A stretch of 64,000 bases of DNA from Candidatus Bathyarchaeia archaeon (GCA_050013255.1 JBEKFP010000002.1:512001-576000), one strand, 5' to 3'; shown: positions 8,317-19,623, counted from the first letter of the stretch. A program made the numbers and translations. The notes: generated by a model from the letters alone, not told the origin.

Positions 8317-10162
8317 CCGCCACTTCACCGACCTGAACAACCGGTTCGACGCGAGGTTATCGGCCGTCTTGGCCATAAGGAGAGCTGAGGTCTCCGCTGA
8401 GACTACAGGCTTCTCAGCAAAATACGAATGCCGTGCGAAGGCCCAGTATCAGAAAGACCTGATGGGCCTCCTCGAAGAGGGCATGCTATTGGCTGTGCGC
8501 AATTTCAAAGCAAAGAAACATAACGGCAACCGCTTCACGCTCCTCGAAATTTCCCGCATCGGACCAGAACACTTTGGGCTCAGAGGGTTGTCTGACCAGA
8601 GCTACTACCCTTACCAGTTTGAGATAATCGAACAGAGCGTTTCAGACTGGGATACTGACGATAAGGCAACGATGATGATTCAACTAGGAGCTATTCCCCT
8701 TAACTACGATTTGATTCTCGACGGCGTAGACCAACAGTATACGAAAGGGTTCACTTACCCAATAGTTGGCGAACGAGTATTCATCCTAAGTAAGAACACC
8801 ATCCATAGGATGTACAACCGACGGCTGCTCGAGGAACTTGGCCTAACCTGGAACGAGGATAGAATCTCAACCTTCGGCGACGCTCGAAAGGATCCACGGA
8901 TTGGCGTCATCAAGATGTTCCAAGAGGAGAAGGATCCAATTCCAATTTACGTTAGCTTCGAAAGGCTGGCTAGATACCACTTCGGAGTATTCTCTTTCAC
9001 AGGTGGCGGGAAGAGCAATCTCGTTTCCAACATCCTAAGAAGAATAATGTACCATACGAAGACCACGAAAATTGTCATATTCGACATATCGATGGAGTAT
9101 CCCTTTCTGCTCCAAGACGTTTTTTCCGACAAGACGATAAACAGCAAAATCATCACCGACGTCCCCATCGCCGACGCTGAACATTTCAGGAAAATCATCG
9201 TGACTCCGAGAAAATTCGAAAAAGCGGACATCTCACCGACACTAAAGTCGATCCTCACCTTAGGCCGCGTGGGCCATTTCGCAGAAGGAAGCGAGCATCC
9301 CCCAACTTACGAAGATATTCTTGAAGAAATCAAACTCCTTGCGCTGGACGACATGAAGAAGGTTGTAAACCTAAACGCGATCAACCAAATCAAACTCAAG
9401 ATATTGCAATGGATCAAGGATAATCATGCAGAACGTTCACAAACGGTCACGCAAGCATTTCTTCAATATTTGCAAACTGAAGCCGTAAGCACGCTTGACA
9501 GATTCAAGGTGTGGAAGAATAGCGGACTCTACGCATGGGCTTCAACCCGATCAGAACTAGCTCCACTCCTTCAGCCCGAAGAGAAGGTGAAGGACGATAA
9601 ATCCTTTGGAGCAGAAAAAATAGTCCAGCTTCTCGAAGGCGACACGAGGCTACTGTGTCTCTCAATCGCAGAACCGAGCGTCGTGAAACAACTCGCCATC
9701 ACGTTAACCTCCGACATGTTGCGACATAGGAAACGCGAATTTCAGGTAGAACCGCAGGTTCTCTTCGTCTTCGATGAAGCTCAAGAATTCATCCCAGCCT
9801 ACGATAAGGCCAGGGGCATAGACTCCACTTGCACACAACGCATAGAGACATTGCTAAGACAAGGAAGAAAATACGGACTGGGGGGATGCGTTGCCACTCA
9901 ACGAATTGCTTACCTTAACACGAACGCCTTGCAACAATTGCACACATACTTCGTCGGCCCCTTGCCGCGGCCTTACGACCGAAGCCTCGTGAGCAGCACG
10001 TTTACAATTGATCAAAGCATTCTTGAGAAAACGCTTGAGTTTGCCCCTGGTCAGTGGCTGCTATCTAGCTATATTGCGACTGGGATGGAAAATGTCCCAA
10101 TATTCATAACCGCTGATAACTCGGAGATTGAATTGGAACGAGTCATACCCATGAAACGCTAA
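8291..10162 (+). CDS. herA: HerA/FtsK-family ATPase
   Basis: Walker A variant FSFTGGGKSN, Walker B FVFDEAQEF, RQGRKYGLGGCVATQR arginine-finger motif. Confidence 0.85.
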   Translation: MRVQEPGLSRHFTDLNNRFDARLSAVLAIRRAEVSAETTGFSAKYECRAKAQYQKDLMGLLEEGMLLAVRNFKAKKHNGNRFTLLEISRIGPEHFGLRGLSDQSYYPYQFEIIEQSVSDWDTDDKATMMIQLGAIPLNYDLILDGVDQQYTKGFTYPIVGERVFILSKNTIHRMYNRRLLEELGLTWNEDRISTFGDARKDPRIGVIKMFQEEKDPIPIYVSFERLARYHFGVFSFTGGGKSNLVSNILRRIMYHTKTTKIVIFDISMEYPFLLQDVFSDKTINSKIITDVPIADAEHFRKIIVTPRKFEKADISPTLKSILTLGRVGHFAEGSEHPPTYEDILEEIKLLALDDMKKVVNLNAINQIKLKILQWIKDNHAERSQTVTQAFLQYLQTEAVSTLDRFKVWKNSGLYAWASTRSELAPLLQPEEKVKDDKSFGAEKIVQLLEGDTRLLCLSIAEPSVVKQLAITLTSDMLRHRKREFQVEPQVLFVFDEAQEFIPAYDKARGIDSTCTQRIETLLRQGRKYGLGGCVATQRIAYLNTNALQQLHTYFVGPLPRPYDRSLVSSTFTIDQSILEKTLEFAPGQWLLSSYIATGMENVPIFITADNSEIELERVIPMKR

Positions 10163-10338
10163 CAGAACTGCGTCAGTCTCATTCCCCTTGGTATCCATCG
10201 AATCGACTTAAATACAAATGAGAGCGTTCATTTGCTCGGTGCCTGACACATGGGTGACGGCTTTAACAAGGCAAACCTTGGCACGTAACTCACCTACAGA
10301 ATCCGCGTTATCGACATTTTCTCTGGGAGGATCATGCG

Positions 10339-11655
10339 TTGGATGAAGTGCCCACCATCGTGGATATTTTCGCGGGAAAGCTCGACGGTGCACATGTCGT
10401 CTTTAGAGGGTGGCTACACCACATTCGAAGTAGCGGAGGCATTCTCTTTCTTCAACTGCGCGACGGGACGGGCGTTATACAGTGCACGCTGAAGAAGGAT
10501 AAGACGGATCCGACGGAATTTGAGCGCTTAGCCGCTACGCCTATCGAGAGTACGATAGAAATCTCAGGGGAAGTTAGGAAAGACCCCCGGGCACCCCGCG
10601 GGTACGAGATTCAGGTTGAGAAAGTCACAGTGGCTTTTCCGGCCGAAGATGGCTATCCCATTGCGGATGAGAAGAGCCGCCGTCATCACGGACCCGACTT
10701 TCTACTCGACCAGAGGCACCTGTGGCTGAGAAGCCAGAAGATGCAGGCAATTATGCGAGTGCGGGGCCGCCTGATAGACGAAGCGAGAAGATGGCTCATA
10801 GATCACGGTTACCTTGAGGTCCAAGTTCCGATACTTGTCACCGCGGCTGTGGAAGGTGGTTCGACACTTTTCCCAGTCAAGTATTTCGATCAGAAAGCCT
10901 ACCTAACCCAGAGCTGGCAGTTCTATGCTGAAGCAATGATCTCCGGCGTGGGAAAAATCTTCACGCTAGCACCATCGTTTCGAGCGGAAAAGTCAAGGAC
11001 AAGAAGACACCTGACCGAATATTGGCACCTAGAAGTGGAAGAACCCTGGTTGGAACTCGACGGCCTAATGCACCTCGAGGAAGAACTGGTAACGCAAATG
11101 TGCCAACAGATGCGAGAGAAAATGCCCGAGGAATTGAAGTTCATCGGGAGGGATCCCGAACAAATTGCGAAGGTTAAGCCGCCATTTCCAAGAATAACAT
11201 ACGACGAGGCTGTTGACCTAGTCCAAAAATCAAACCCCAGCTTCAAATGGGGAATCGACCTAGCTTACGAGGAAGAGAAAGTTCTCACCGAGCACTTTGA
11301 ACTGCCATTCTTCGTCAGCCACTACCCAAAAAGCGTCAAAGCATTTTATCATATGCCCGACCCGAAAAACACCAAGGTAACACTATCAACGGACCTGCTC
11401 GCGCCCGAAGGCTACGGGGAGATCACGGGCGGCGGCCAACGCATCCACGACGCAAAGCTTCTCCTCGCAAGAATAAAGGAAGAAGGATTGAGCGCTGAAG
11501 ACTACAAATGGTACATCGACCTCCGTCGCTATGGAACCGTTCCGCATTCGGGTTTCGGAATGGGAATTGAGAGGACTTTGGCGTGGATTTGTAAGCTGGA
11601 ACACATCAGAGATGCAATTGCATTCCCACGATTGATAAACCGCATCTACCCCTAG
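10339..11655 (+). CDS. asnS: Asparaginyl-tRNA synthetase
   Basis: OB-fold start, YLTQSWQ, FRAEKSRTRRHLTEYW, GTVPHSGFGMGIER. Confidence 0.92.
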   Translation: MDEVPTIVDIFAGKLDGAHVVFRGWLHHIRSSGGILFLQLRDGTGVIQCTLKKDKTDPTEFERLAATPIESTIEISGEVRKDPRAPRGYEIQVEKVTVAFPAEDGYPIADEKSRRHHGPDFLLDQRHLWLRSQKMQAIMRVRGRLIDEARRWLIDHGYLEVQVPILVTAAVEGGSTLFPVKYFDQKAYLTQSWQFYAEAMISGVGKIFTLAPSFRAEKSRTRRHLTEYWHLEVEEPWLELDGLMHLEEELVTQMCQQMREKMPEELKFIGRDPEQIAKVKPPFPRITYDEAVDLVQKSNPSFKWGIDLAYEEEKVLTEHFELPFFVSHYPKSVKAFYHMPDPKNTKVTLSTDLLAPEGYGEITGGGQRIHDAKLLLARIKEEGLSAEDYKWYIDLRRYGTVPHSGFGMGIERTLAWICKLEHIRDAIAFPRLINRIYP

Positions 11656-11676
11656 CCACAACCAAGCTGTGAGCTA

Positions 11677-12507
11677 ATGCTGCAAATCAGGAGAATGCGA
11701 TTTGACGACATCCCATACGCCCTCCGACTTACAGACCAAGAAAAGTGGGGGGTAACGCGTGCCGACCTTCTCAGAATTCTGAAGCTTGACCCGAGAGGTT
11801 CCTTCATTGCCGCAAAGGGTTCACGGAGAGTCGGCCTTATCACAACAACTCGATACGGCAGAAAACTCGCCTGGATTGGGAACGTCATAGTTGACCGAAA
11901 CTACCGTGGGGCACACATAGGCCAGTCCCTCGTCCAAATTGCGCTAGAACACCTACAGAAATCAAACGTCAAACATATCGCACTTTACTGCTTCGATGAA
12001 AACGTCAGATTCTACCGCAGGCTCGGGTTCATTCGCGACGCCCCATTCGTCAGGCTCAGAGGTAAATCAACACGTGCAGCTTCCCTTGCACATATGGCTC
12101 AGCAAACGCTCCCCCTAGGAGGTGTGCTATCCTTGGATAGGAGAGCATTCGGAGCTAACCGCTCACAGCTAATACGCATGACACTACGCTCCAAATCTGG
12201 ATGGTACCTGAGTTCATCAAACTCCTACATGCTGGTCAAGGAATCCAAGGAAATGTGCGAGATTGGACCGTGGGTTTCCAGCAAGCAGCCCATGGACCAA
12301 GCAAGTGAATTGCTTGACCTAGCTGTACGCGTGATCGGGGAAAAGCCGATAGAGGTTTCCTGCCTACGAAACCACCCAGCTTACGGACTCTTCAGGAAAC
12401 ATGGTTTTCGAGTGATGAGCCACGGCTACCGCATGTATCTCAGTAGGATCGCTAGAATTGGGGACCATGCAGCCAACTTCGCGCTCGGGTTCTTAGACAA
12501 GGGATAA
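11677..12507 (+). CDS. Double-GNAT acetyltransferase (YitH-like)
   Basis: VIVDRNYRGAHIG acetyl-CoA motif, FYRRLGF, DRRAFGANRS, IGPW. Confidence 0.8.
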   Translation: MLQIRRMRFDDIPYALRLTDQEKWGVTRADLLRILKLDPRGSFIAAKGSRRVGLITTTRYGRKLAWIGNVIVDRNYRGAHIGQSLVQIALEHLQKSNVKHIALYCFDENVRFYRRLGFIRDAPFVRLRGKSTRAASLAHMAQQTLPLGGVLSLDRRAFGANRSQLIRMTLRSKSGWYLSSSNSYMLVKESKEMCEIGPWVSSKQPMDQASELLDLAVRVIGEKPIEVSCLRNHPAYGLFRKHGFRVMSHGYRMYLSRIARIGDHAANFALGFLDKG

Positions 12508-12515
12508 TTGCCGAA

Positions 12516-14174
12516 CTAAGCGGCCGCCTTTTGTAGTAAGGGCATTAGTTCCGGTGCGGGTTTTCCCAGCTTCTTGTCGAGTGCAGCTTTAATCAAGCCG
12601 TAGTATGGCGGTGAGGCCCTGCTTGGCCGAGATTTGAATTCAGCGTGGAACTGAGTTCCCATGTAGAAGTACTTGTCTGGCAACTCAAAGATTTCCATTC
12701 TCCTCCCGTCCATGCTACAGCCAGAAAATACTCCGCCACCCTTCACAATCCGGTCGATATAGTCGGGGTTGACTTCATACCTGTGCCTGTGCCTTTCAGA
12801 GATTATTTCGCGTCCGTACAGGAAGCTGGCGGTCGTATTCGGCGTGATGCGTATTTCATGCGCGCCGAGCCGCATCGTTGCACCTTTCGAATCCACCCCC
12901 AGCTGCTCAGGCATAAGGTCAATGATAGGTTGAGGAGTTTTCGGATTGATCTCTGTGCTATTCGCGTTTCTCAAGCCGAGATGCCTGGCAAATTCAACTA
13001 CCGCCAGCTGGAATCCGAAGCATATCCCCAGTGTGGGGATGTTCTTCTCTCGAGCGTACGACAGAGCAGCGATCTTTCCTTCGGTGCCACGCGATCCGAA
13101 TCCTCCTGGTATCAGGACCCCATTGAATTGTGATAGCATTGTGCAATTGTTAGGGTCCCTCTCGAATAGTTCTGTTTCGACCCATTCAATCTCAACTCGC
13201 GCGTCACAGGCCCCGCCAGCATGTTTCAAAGCTTCGTTTACACTCACGTAAGAGTCTGCCAGCTCGGCGTACTTTCCGCAAAGTGCGATCCGAATGACTT
13301 CACGCGGGTTTGATATACGTTCAACAACTCGTTTCCACTGTGCCCAATCGACCTCGTGTTTCGCGAGGGCGAATCGGTCGGTTAGAAAATCTCCCATTCC
13401 CTGCGAATCAAGTTCAAGGGGTGTTTGATATATGGTTGGAAGGTCGGGCGCCGCGAAGACTGCACGTTCCTCAACATTACAGAAAAGCGCAATTTTCTTT
13501 CGAGGATTCGGATTGAGAGGCCCTTTAGTCCGGGCAACGATCAAATCGGGCTGAATACCAATTCTACGCAGCTCTTGTACGCTATGCTGCGTTGGTTTAG
13601 TTTTCTGTTCGCCCACGACGTCCAATGCGGGAACTATAGTGACGTGAGCGAAGAGAACGTTTCGGTGTTCCTCTTCGAACTTTAGTTGGCGAGCGGCCTC
13701 GAGGTATGGGAGGCTTTCAATATCTCCTACAGTGCCGCCGATTTCGACGAGAAGAACGTCCGGCTGCACCTTCGAAGCGATGCCTCTAACAACCAACTTA
13801 ATTTCATCCGTGATATGAGGGATAATTTGGACGCATTGTCCAAGAAAGTCGCCGCGCCGTTCTTTGTTTATGACCGCCGTGTATATCTGGCCGGTAGTTG
13901 TGTTGTGGCTCCGGGACAGGTTGATGTCGAGGAACCTCTCATATGTCCCCAAATCCATGTCGATTTCCCCGCCATCGTCTGTGACAAATACCTCTCCGTG
14001 GGCAACTGGATTCATTGTTCCAGCGTCAACGTTCAGGTAGGGGTCAATCTTCATTGCAGTGACGTTGAAGCCCCTCATTTGCAGGAGCTTTGCAATCGAA
14101 GCGGCGGTAATGCCTTTCCCTATTCCGGACATGACGCCGCCGGTGATGAACAAATACCTCGTATCTGTCGGCAT
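12516..14174 (-). CDS. pyrG: CTP synthase
   Basis: [46 protein letters not shown]. Confidence 0.97.
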   Translation of the reverse strand: MPTDTRYLFITGGVMSGIGKGITAASIAKLLQMRGFNVTAMKIDPYLNVDAGTMNPVAHGEVFVTDDGGEIDMDLGTYERFLDINLSRSHNTTTGQIYTAVINKERRGDFLGQCVQIIPHITDEIKLVVRGIASKVQPDVLLVEIGGTVGDIESLPYLEAARQLKFEEEHRNVLFAHVTIVPALDVVGEQKTKPTQHSVQELRRIGIQPDLIVARTKGPLNPNPRKKIALFCNVEERAVFAAPDLPTIYQTPLELDSQGMGDFLTDRFALAKHEVDWAQWKRVVERISNPREVIRIALCGKYAELADSYVSVNEALKHAGGACDARVEIEWVETELFERDPNNCTMLSQFNGVLIPGGFGSRGTEGKIAALSYAREKNIPTLGICFGFQLAVVEFARHLGLRNANSTEINPKTPQPIIDLMPEQLGVDSKGATMRLGAHEIRITPNTTASFLYGREIISERHRHRYEVNPDYIDRIVKGGGVFSGCSMDGRRMEIFELPDKYFYMGTQFHAEFKSRPSRASPPYYGLIKAALDKKLGKPAPELMPLLQKAAA

Positions 14175-14271
14175 AAATCACACGAACCAGTCGTGCAACT
14201 TAAAGCTTCTCCGATAGGAAGCCGGAGAAAATTGAGGAAGAGCTGAAGGAAGCGGAGCTGTTTGTATTCTG

Positions 14272-14952
14272 CTACTTGGGTACCTGGGTTTTCAGTTTCC
14301 TGATTTCTTGGTTTATCAGGTTCAGGGCGATTCGTGCGGTTGAGATTGCCTGATCCAGGGATTGTGAACTCTCAGCAGCCCAGATCTTAGCGGCACCTTG
14401 GGCGGTCTGTGCTCCGAGCTGGCTAAGGTAGAGGCTTCCGTTGTTTTCGAATACTAGGCCAGCACTCACGAGTCCCTTTACAGCGTCCGTCTCGTGCGAG
14501 GATAGTTGTAGGTCTCCCCGTTGTTTTGCAGTGTCCGCTGAGGTTGCATTGGTTCTCAAGAGCTTGACCAGAAGGCTCGGTCCAGCGGGCACGGTTTCTC
14601 CGAATTCGGACCTTGCCGATTCCTGTAGGTTGCGTAGTTGCTCTATTCTCGAGACTGCGTCAGTAACTGTCGTGAGGCTTTTGGTTATGCTAAGGAATGA
14701 TTGTACGACCGGGCTTTGCGGGTTCATTCGGTATAGGGTTACTGCGCCAACATGCCGCGAGGGTGCGATTGCTTTCATTCGTTCGAGGTCGTTCCACACT
14801 CGGTAGAGTGTCGTACGCCCAATTCCGGCCCGTTGCGCAATCTCGGTCTTCGTTAGCTCCTCTTGGGGTCGTTGCGCGAGGATTGTGAGGACTTTGAATT
14901 GCGGGCTCTTCGATAGTACTTCCATGAATGCGGTGGCTTCGTCTGCTGCCAT
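14272..14952 (-). CDS. Winged-helix DNA-binding protein (two wHTH-like segments)
   Basis: LTKTEIAQRAGIGRTTLYRVWNDLERM HTH; second GLVSAGLV...LYLSQLG wing; start taken at MAADE. Confidence 0.75.
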   Translation of the reverse strand: MAADEATAFMEVLSKSPQFKVLTILAQRPQEELTKTEIAQRAGIGRTTLYRVWNDLERMKAIAPSRHVGAVTLYRMNPQSPVVQSFLSITKSLTTVTDAVSRIEQLRNLQESARSEFGETVPAGPSLLVKLLRTNATSADTAKQRGDLQLSSHETDAVKGLVSAGLVFENNGSLYLSQLGAQTAQGAAKIWAAESSQSLDQAISTARIALNLINQEIRKLKTQVPK

Positions 14953-15030
14953 GGACTTGTCAAGTCGAGTAAGGAAGTTGGATGGTATATTAATGTTCGC
15001 TTTCCCACACACCATAGTTTCATATGGAAG

Positions 15031-15342
15031 ATGGATAAATCAGAGGGTCCAACCATGCGACCTATGCCCGAACCGAACATGCTCTCCGAACTTGAGGAGA
15101 GAACCCTGTTAGCCATCTGGAAGCTCAAAGGGATAGGCAAGAATGGGGTCGAGGAGAGCAACCTCCAAACGGAATTGACGAATGAGACGCCTCAAAATCT
15201 AGCCGCTGCACTGGAGGCTCTTCAAAACCAGGGATTCATAGAGAAGGCGAATTCTAGCGATCGCAAATTCCTTTCCTTGACTCCACTCGGCTTGGCAATT
15301 TTGCGCAAGCTTGAGGAGGACAGGCTGCAAGAGCTGAAATGA
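15031..15342 (+). CDS. Small winged-helix (MarR-like) protein
   Basis: ALEALQNQGFIEK...LSLTPLG wing motif; start may be 15055-15079. Confidence 0.7.
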   Translation: MDKSEGPTMRPMPEPNMLSELEERTLLAIWKLKGIGKNGVEESNLQTELTNETPQNLAAALEALQNQGFIEKANSSDRKFLSLTPLGLAILRKLEEDRLQELK

Positions 15343-15642
15343 CACCAAGAAATCCCGTTCAATTTTATCAGAGCAGTCCAAGACTTTCAATCGTATAGAT
15401 TGAACAATAGATTGTGACACTCCACCGTTCTGATCAGAAGGAATGCCAGCTAACTCTGTGTCATGAGTTTGCCAAACACTAGCCATTGCCATTTCAAAGC
15501 CAATCGTTCACTCACACCTGGACCTTTTCTGACTATTTCGCTTGTGGATCGACCGAATCACAACCGCTAGATTATTGGGAGTGCTCCGCACGAAAACATT
15601 TACTGCGAGCTTGGCGTTATCTTTCACCTCGAAGGATTCCAA

Positions 15643-18600
15643 ATGAAGGGCAAGACTATATTCCATCGAAGAAAGAGCCCTCATGAGAAAGCAACCAAGC
15701 TCATGAGCGAAAAATCAAGGGGCAAACCACCCGGCTCTCTAACTCGAAGAAAACACGTGGGGAAAGCGCTACGAGAGTCTGAAGCCTACTATAGAATGAT
15801 TTTCGATAATGCGAACGATGCGATCTTCATACGGGACTTACACGGCCGTTTTCTTGAGGTTAACCAAGTTGCTTGTGATCGTTACGGCTACAGTCGAGAC
15901 GAGTTCCTCCAAATGAGTACCCGGAACATCAACAGCCCTGAAACTGAGGCGTTGACCGCCCAGCGGACTAAGGAACTTCTCAAGAAAAGCCATGAAATCG
16001 TCGAGTCTACTCACGTCCGTCGAGATGGAAAAATCATTCCAGTAGAAATGAGTAGGCGACTCATTACATTCAGAGGAAAGCAGGCTATACTGAGCATAGC
16101 CCGTGACATCACAGAACGCACACGTATGGAGAAAGCGCTCCAGGAGAGTGAGGAGAAGTATCGGGCGATTGTTGAGAATTCGCCCAACATGATCGGTATT
16201 TTCCAGGACGGAGTGCTGAAGTACATCAACAATGTTGCAATCCTCAGGTTAGGTTGGACTTACGAAGAGCTAATATCACCTTCTTTTGACCCAATAGAGA
16301 ACGTCGTGTCGCAGAAATCTAAGAGTTTGCTAAAGGAAAACGTTGGCAAGAGGCTGCGTGGCGAAGACGTCGCTCCTTATGAGATAACCCTGACCAGGAA
16401 GGACGATTCAGAAGTCCCAGTCTTGGTTAGAGGAACGAAAATCATTTACAATCAGAAACCAGCTATTGAGTTCGTTTTCGACGATATTACTGAACGCAAA
16501 ACAGCTGAGCAGATGCTCCGGCTTAGAAGCGAAATAGTAGAAACCATCCTAGAAGGGCTTCTCCTCATCCGGGCCTCCGACGGAATGATTGTCTATGCCA
16601 ACCCGCAAATTGAGAAAATGTTCGGGTATGATTCAGGCGAGTTAATTGGAAAGAACATAACAACAACCAACGCTCCAACAAATGGCCAAAGCCCCGAAGA
16701 TGTTGCCAAAGAAATCGAGGAGCATCTAAGGAGACTTGGAAGATGGAGCGGAGAGGTTCTAAACAAGAAGAAAGATGGAACGCCTTTCTGGTGTCGATCT
16801 AACTTGTCGACGTTAAAGTCTTCCGAGTATGGTACGATTTGGATTTCCGTTAAGGAAGACATCACTGAACGCAAACTTGCGGAGAATACGCTGACGAGGA
16901 GCGAGAAACGCTTCCGTGAAGCAATGGAAGCCACGAATGATGGGTTATGGGATTGGAACGTTGAAACTGGCGAGACGTACAACAGTCCAGCCTACTATCG
17001 AATGCTCGGCTATGAACCGGGCGATTTCTCCAATAACATACAATTTTGGTTGGACCACATCCATCCTGAGGATCGGACCCAAGCCGTCAAGGTTAACCAA
17101 GATTGCATAGAGAACCGAGCCTCGAACTTCGAAGTAGAATTCCGCATGAGAACTAAGAGCGGCGGCTGGAAATGGATTCTAGGCCGAGGAAGAACAAGCG
17201 CCCGAGACGCCAATGGTCGAGCACTCCGAATGATCGGAACCCATCAGGATATCACCGAACGCAGGAGGGCCGATGAGAAGCTTCGTCAATCGGTAGAGCG
17301 TTACCAGTCTCTCTTCGGTCGGATGCTTGATGGAATGTACCGTAGCACGCACGAGGGTCGATTTGTTGATGTCAATACGGCTTTTGTAAAGATGTTTGGA
17401 TTTACAAGCAAGCAAGAAATGTTGGACATTACGGACATCAAGAAAGAACTGTATTTCTCACCCGAAGAACGCGGCAGCCATCTGCTGGATACAGGTCAAG
17501 AAGAAGTGGAAGCATACCGCATGAGGCGAAAGGATGGGTCCGAGATCTGGGTAGAAGACCATGGCCATTATGTTCACGACAAACAGGGGAACATCATTTA
17601 CCACGAGGGAATACTGCGCGACATAACCGAACGCAGGTTGATTGAGCAGAGGCTCCGATTTCGAGGCGAGATTGTAGAGAACATTTCCGAGGGCGTTGCC
17701 GGTATTCGAGTCAGCGATGGCGTGATCGTATATACCAATCCACGTTTTGAGGAAATGCTTGGATATGGTTTAGGCGAGTTGATCGGGAAGAACATAGCGA
17801 CCGTGAACGCTCCAGTTAATGGCAAAAGACCTGCGGAGATCGCAGCAGGAATCATTAGGCGTCTTGGGGAATCACGTAGATGGAGTGGAGAGATTCAAAA
17901 TATCAAGAAAGATGGCACTCCTATCTGGTGCCGAGCCAGCGTGTCGACGTTAGAATCCTCTGAATACGGAAGGATTTGGGTAGCGACACATGAGGACATC
18001 ACTCAACGCAAGCAGATGGAGGAGACACTGAGTCGCCGGGCTGAAGAGCTACAGGCGCTTCAGGCAACCGTCCTCGACATTACTCGTCAACAAGACCTGC
18101 CCACGCTGCTCAACGCCATCGTGGAACGAGCTGCAGGACTGTTCGGCGCTCCCAGCGGAGGAATGTATCTTTGTGATCCTGACAGGCAGGAAGTGCGTTG
18201 TGTGATCAGTTACAACACTCGAATAGACACTGTCGGGACAGTGCTCAAGTATGGCGAAGGTGCGGCAGGGACAGTGGCGCAAAATGGGAAACCCCTGATC
18301 ATTGAGGACTATCGCACATGGACGGGGCGTGCAGCTGCCTATGAGAAAGACCAACCTTTCAGCGCTGTCCTTAGCGCACCCATGATCTGGCAAAGTCAAG
18401 TTATCGGAGTCATCCACGTCCTAGACGATAATGAAGCACGGCATTTCACGGAATCCGATCTCAGGTTGCTCGAACTCTTCGCCAACCACGCCGCGATTGC
18501 TATCGAGAACGACCGCCATTCCGAGAACCTGGAACGCATGGTTGCGGAAAGAACTTCCAAATTGGCCGACAGCCAACATCAGCTTCAACTCATGGCAGAC

Positions 18601-19623
18601 TCCTTACCAGCGCTGATAAGCTACATTGATCCACAACAGAGGTACAGATTCAACAACAAGGCATACGAAGAATGGTTTGGCCAGTCGCCCAACGAGATTC
18701 TCGGACGACCTGTTAGAGAGGTATTGGGAGACAATGGCTACGAGAGAACTCACGGGCGGATGGAAGCCGCACTATTGGGAGCGAGACAGTCCTTCGAATA
18801 TGAGCTAACGTCAAAATCGGGCACGCGACAAATCAGCGCCACCTACATTCCAGACTTCGGAGAACAGGAACAAGTCAAAGGAGTTTTTGTTCTGGGCATT
18901 GACATTACGGAACGCAAAAAGATGGAGGAGCGTCTTCTCAAGGCTGAGCGACTCGCTGCAATCGGCGAGACAGCGGCAATGGTTGGCCACGATCTTCGCA
19001 ACCCACTACAAGCAATTTCTGTAGCAGCATATGTCTTGGAGAAGAGGCTAGGCCCAGAAGCGGACATGCAGACCAGGGAGATGCTCGAATCTGTCAAGAA
19101 CAGTGTCTCCTACTCGGACAGGATCGTAGAGGATCTGTTAGAGTACTCTGAAGAGACACGATTGGAGCTCTCAGAAACAACCCCCAAAACCATCGCGTTA
19201 GAAGCATTGCTCAACGTGAGAATTCCGGATAACATTTCTGTTTCAAATTTGACATCAGACGAGCCGAAGATACGAATCGACCCTGTAAAGATCCGGCGTT
19301 TGTTCCTTAACCTTATCGAGAATGCAGTTGATTCTATGCCTGACGGCGGCAAACTTACGATAATTAGCAACAAGTCAAATAACTATGTCGAACTCAAGTT
19401 TATCGATACGGGAGTAGGTGTTTCTGAACATGTGTTGCGTGAACTCTGGAAACCTTTCATCACCACGAAGCCCAAAGGAATGGGGTTAGGCTTGGCTATC
19501 TGCAAACGGATTACGGAAGCACATGGCGGTTCCATTTCCCTGGACACTAGGAAGGGTGAAGGCACGACCTTCACCGTGAGACTTCCTCTTACAGCGAACC
19601 ACGAAGGAGACAAGAACGCATGA
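15643..19623 (+). CDS. Cytoplasmic sensor histidine kinase: 6 PAS + GAF + PAS + HisKA + HATPase
   Basis: Seven DITERK-type PAS/PAC ends, GAF (LFANHAAIAIEN), H-box GHDLRNPL, NLIENAVD, DTGVG, GMGLGL. Confidence 0.93.
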   Translation: MKGKTIFHRRKSPHEKATKLMSEKSRGKPPGSLTRRKHVGKALRESEAYYRMIFDNANDAIFIRDLHGRFLEVNQVACDRYGYSRDEFLQMSTRNINSPETEALTAQRTKELLKKSHEIVESTHVRRDGKIIPVEMSRRLITFRGKQAILSIARDITERTRMEKALQESEEKYRAIVENSPNMIGIFQDGVLKYINNVAILRLGWTYEELISPSFDPIENVVSQKSKSLLKENVGKRLRGEDVAPYEITLTRKDDSEVPVLVRGTKIIYNQKPAIEFVFDDITERKTAEQMLRLRSEIVETILEGLLLIRASDGMIVYANPQIEKMFGYDSGELIGKNITTTNAPTNGQSPEDVAKEIEEHLRRLGRWSGEVLNKKKDGTPFWCRSNLSTLKSSEYGTIWISVKEDITERKLAENTLTRSEKRFREAMEATNDGLWDWNVETGETYNSPAYYRMLGYEPGDFSNNIQFWLDHIHPEDRTQAVKVNQDCIENRASNFEVEFRMRTKSGGWKWILGRGRTSARDANGRALRMIGTHQDITERRRADEKLRQSVERYQSLFGRMLDGMYRSTHEGRFVDVNTAFVKMFGFTSKQEMLDITDIKKELYFSPEERGSHLLDTGQEEVEAYRMRRKDGSEIWVEDHGHYVHDKQGNIIYHEGILRDITERRLIEQRLRFRGEIVENISEGVAGIRVSDGVIVYTNPRFEEMLGYGLGELIGKNIATVNAPVNGKRPAEIAAGIIRRLGESRRWSGEIQNIKKDGTPIWCRASVSTLESSEYGRIWVATHEDITQRKQMEETLSRRAEELQALQATVLDITRQQDLPTLLNAIVERAAGLFGAPSGGMYLCDPDRQEVRCVISYNTRIDTVGTVLKYGEGAAGTVAQNGKPLIIEDYRTWTGRAAAYEKDQPFSAVLSAPMIWQSQVIGVIHVLDDNEARHFTESDLRLLELFANHAAIAIENDRHSENLERMVAERTSKLADSQHQLQLMADSLPALISYIDPQQRYRFNNKAYEEWFGQSPNEILGRPVREVLGDNGYERTHGRMEAALLGARQSFEYELTSKSGTRQISATYIPDFGEQEQVKGVFVLGIDITERKKMEERLLKAERLAAIGETAAMVGHDLRNPLQAISVAAYVLEKRLGPEADMQTREMLESVKNSVSYSDRIVEDLLEYSEETRLELSETTPKTIALEALLNVRIPDNISVSNLTSDEPKIRIDPVKIRRLFLNLIENAVDSMPDGGKLTIISNKSNNYVELKFIDTGVGVSEHVLRELWKPFITTKPKGMGLGLAICKRITEAHGGSISLDTRKGEGTTFTVRLPLTANHEGDKNA

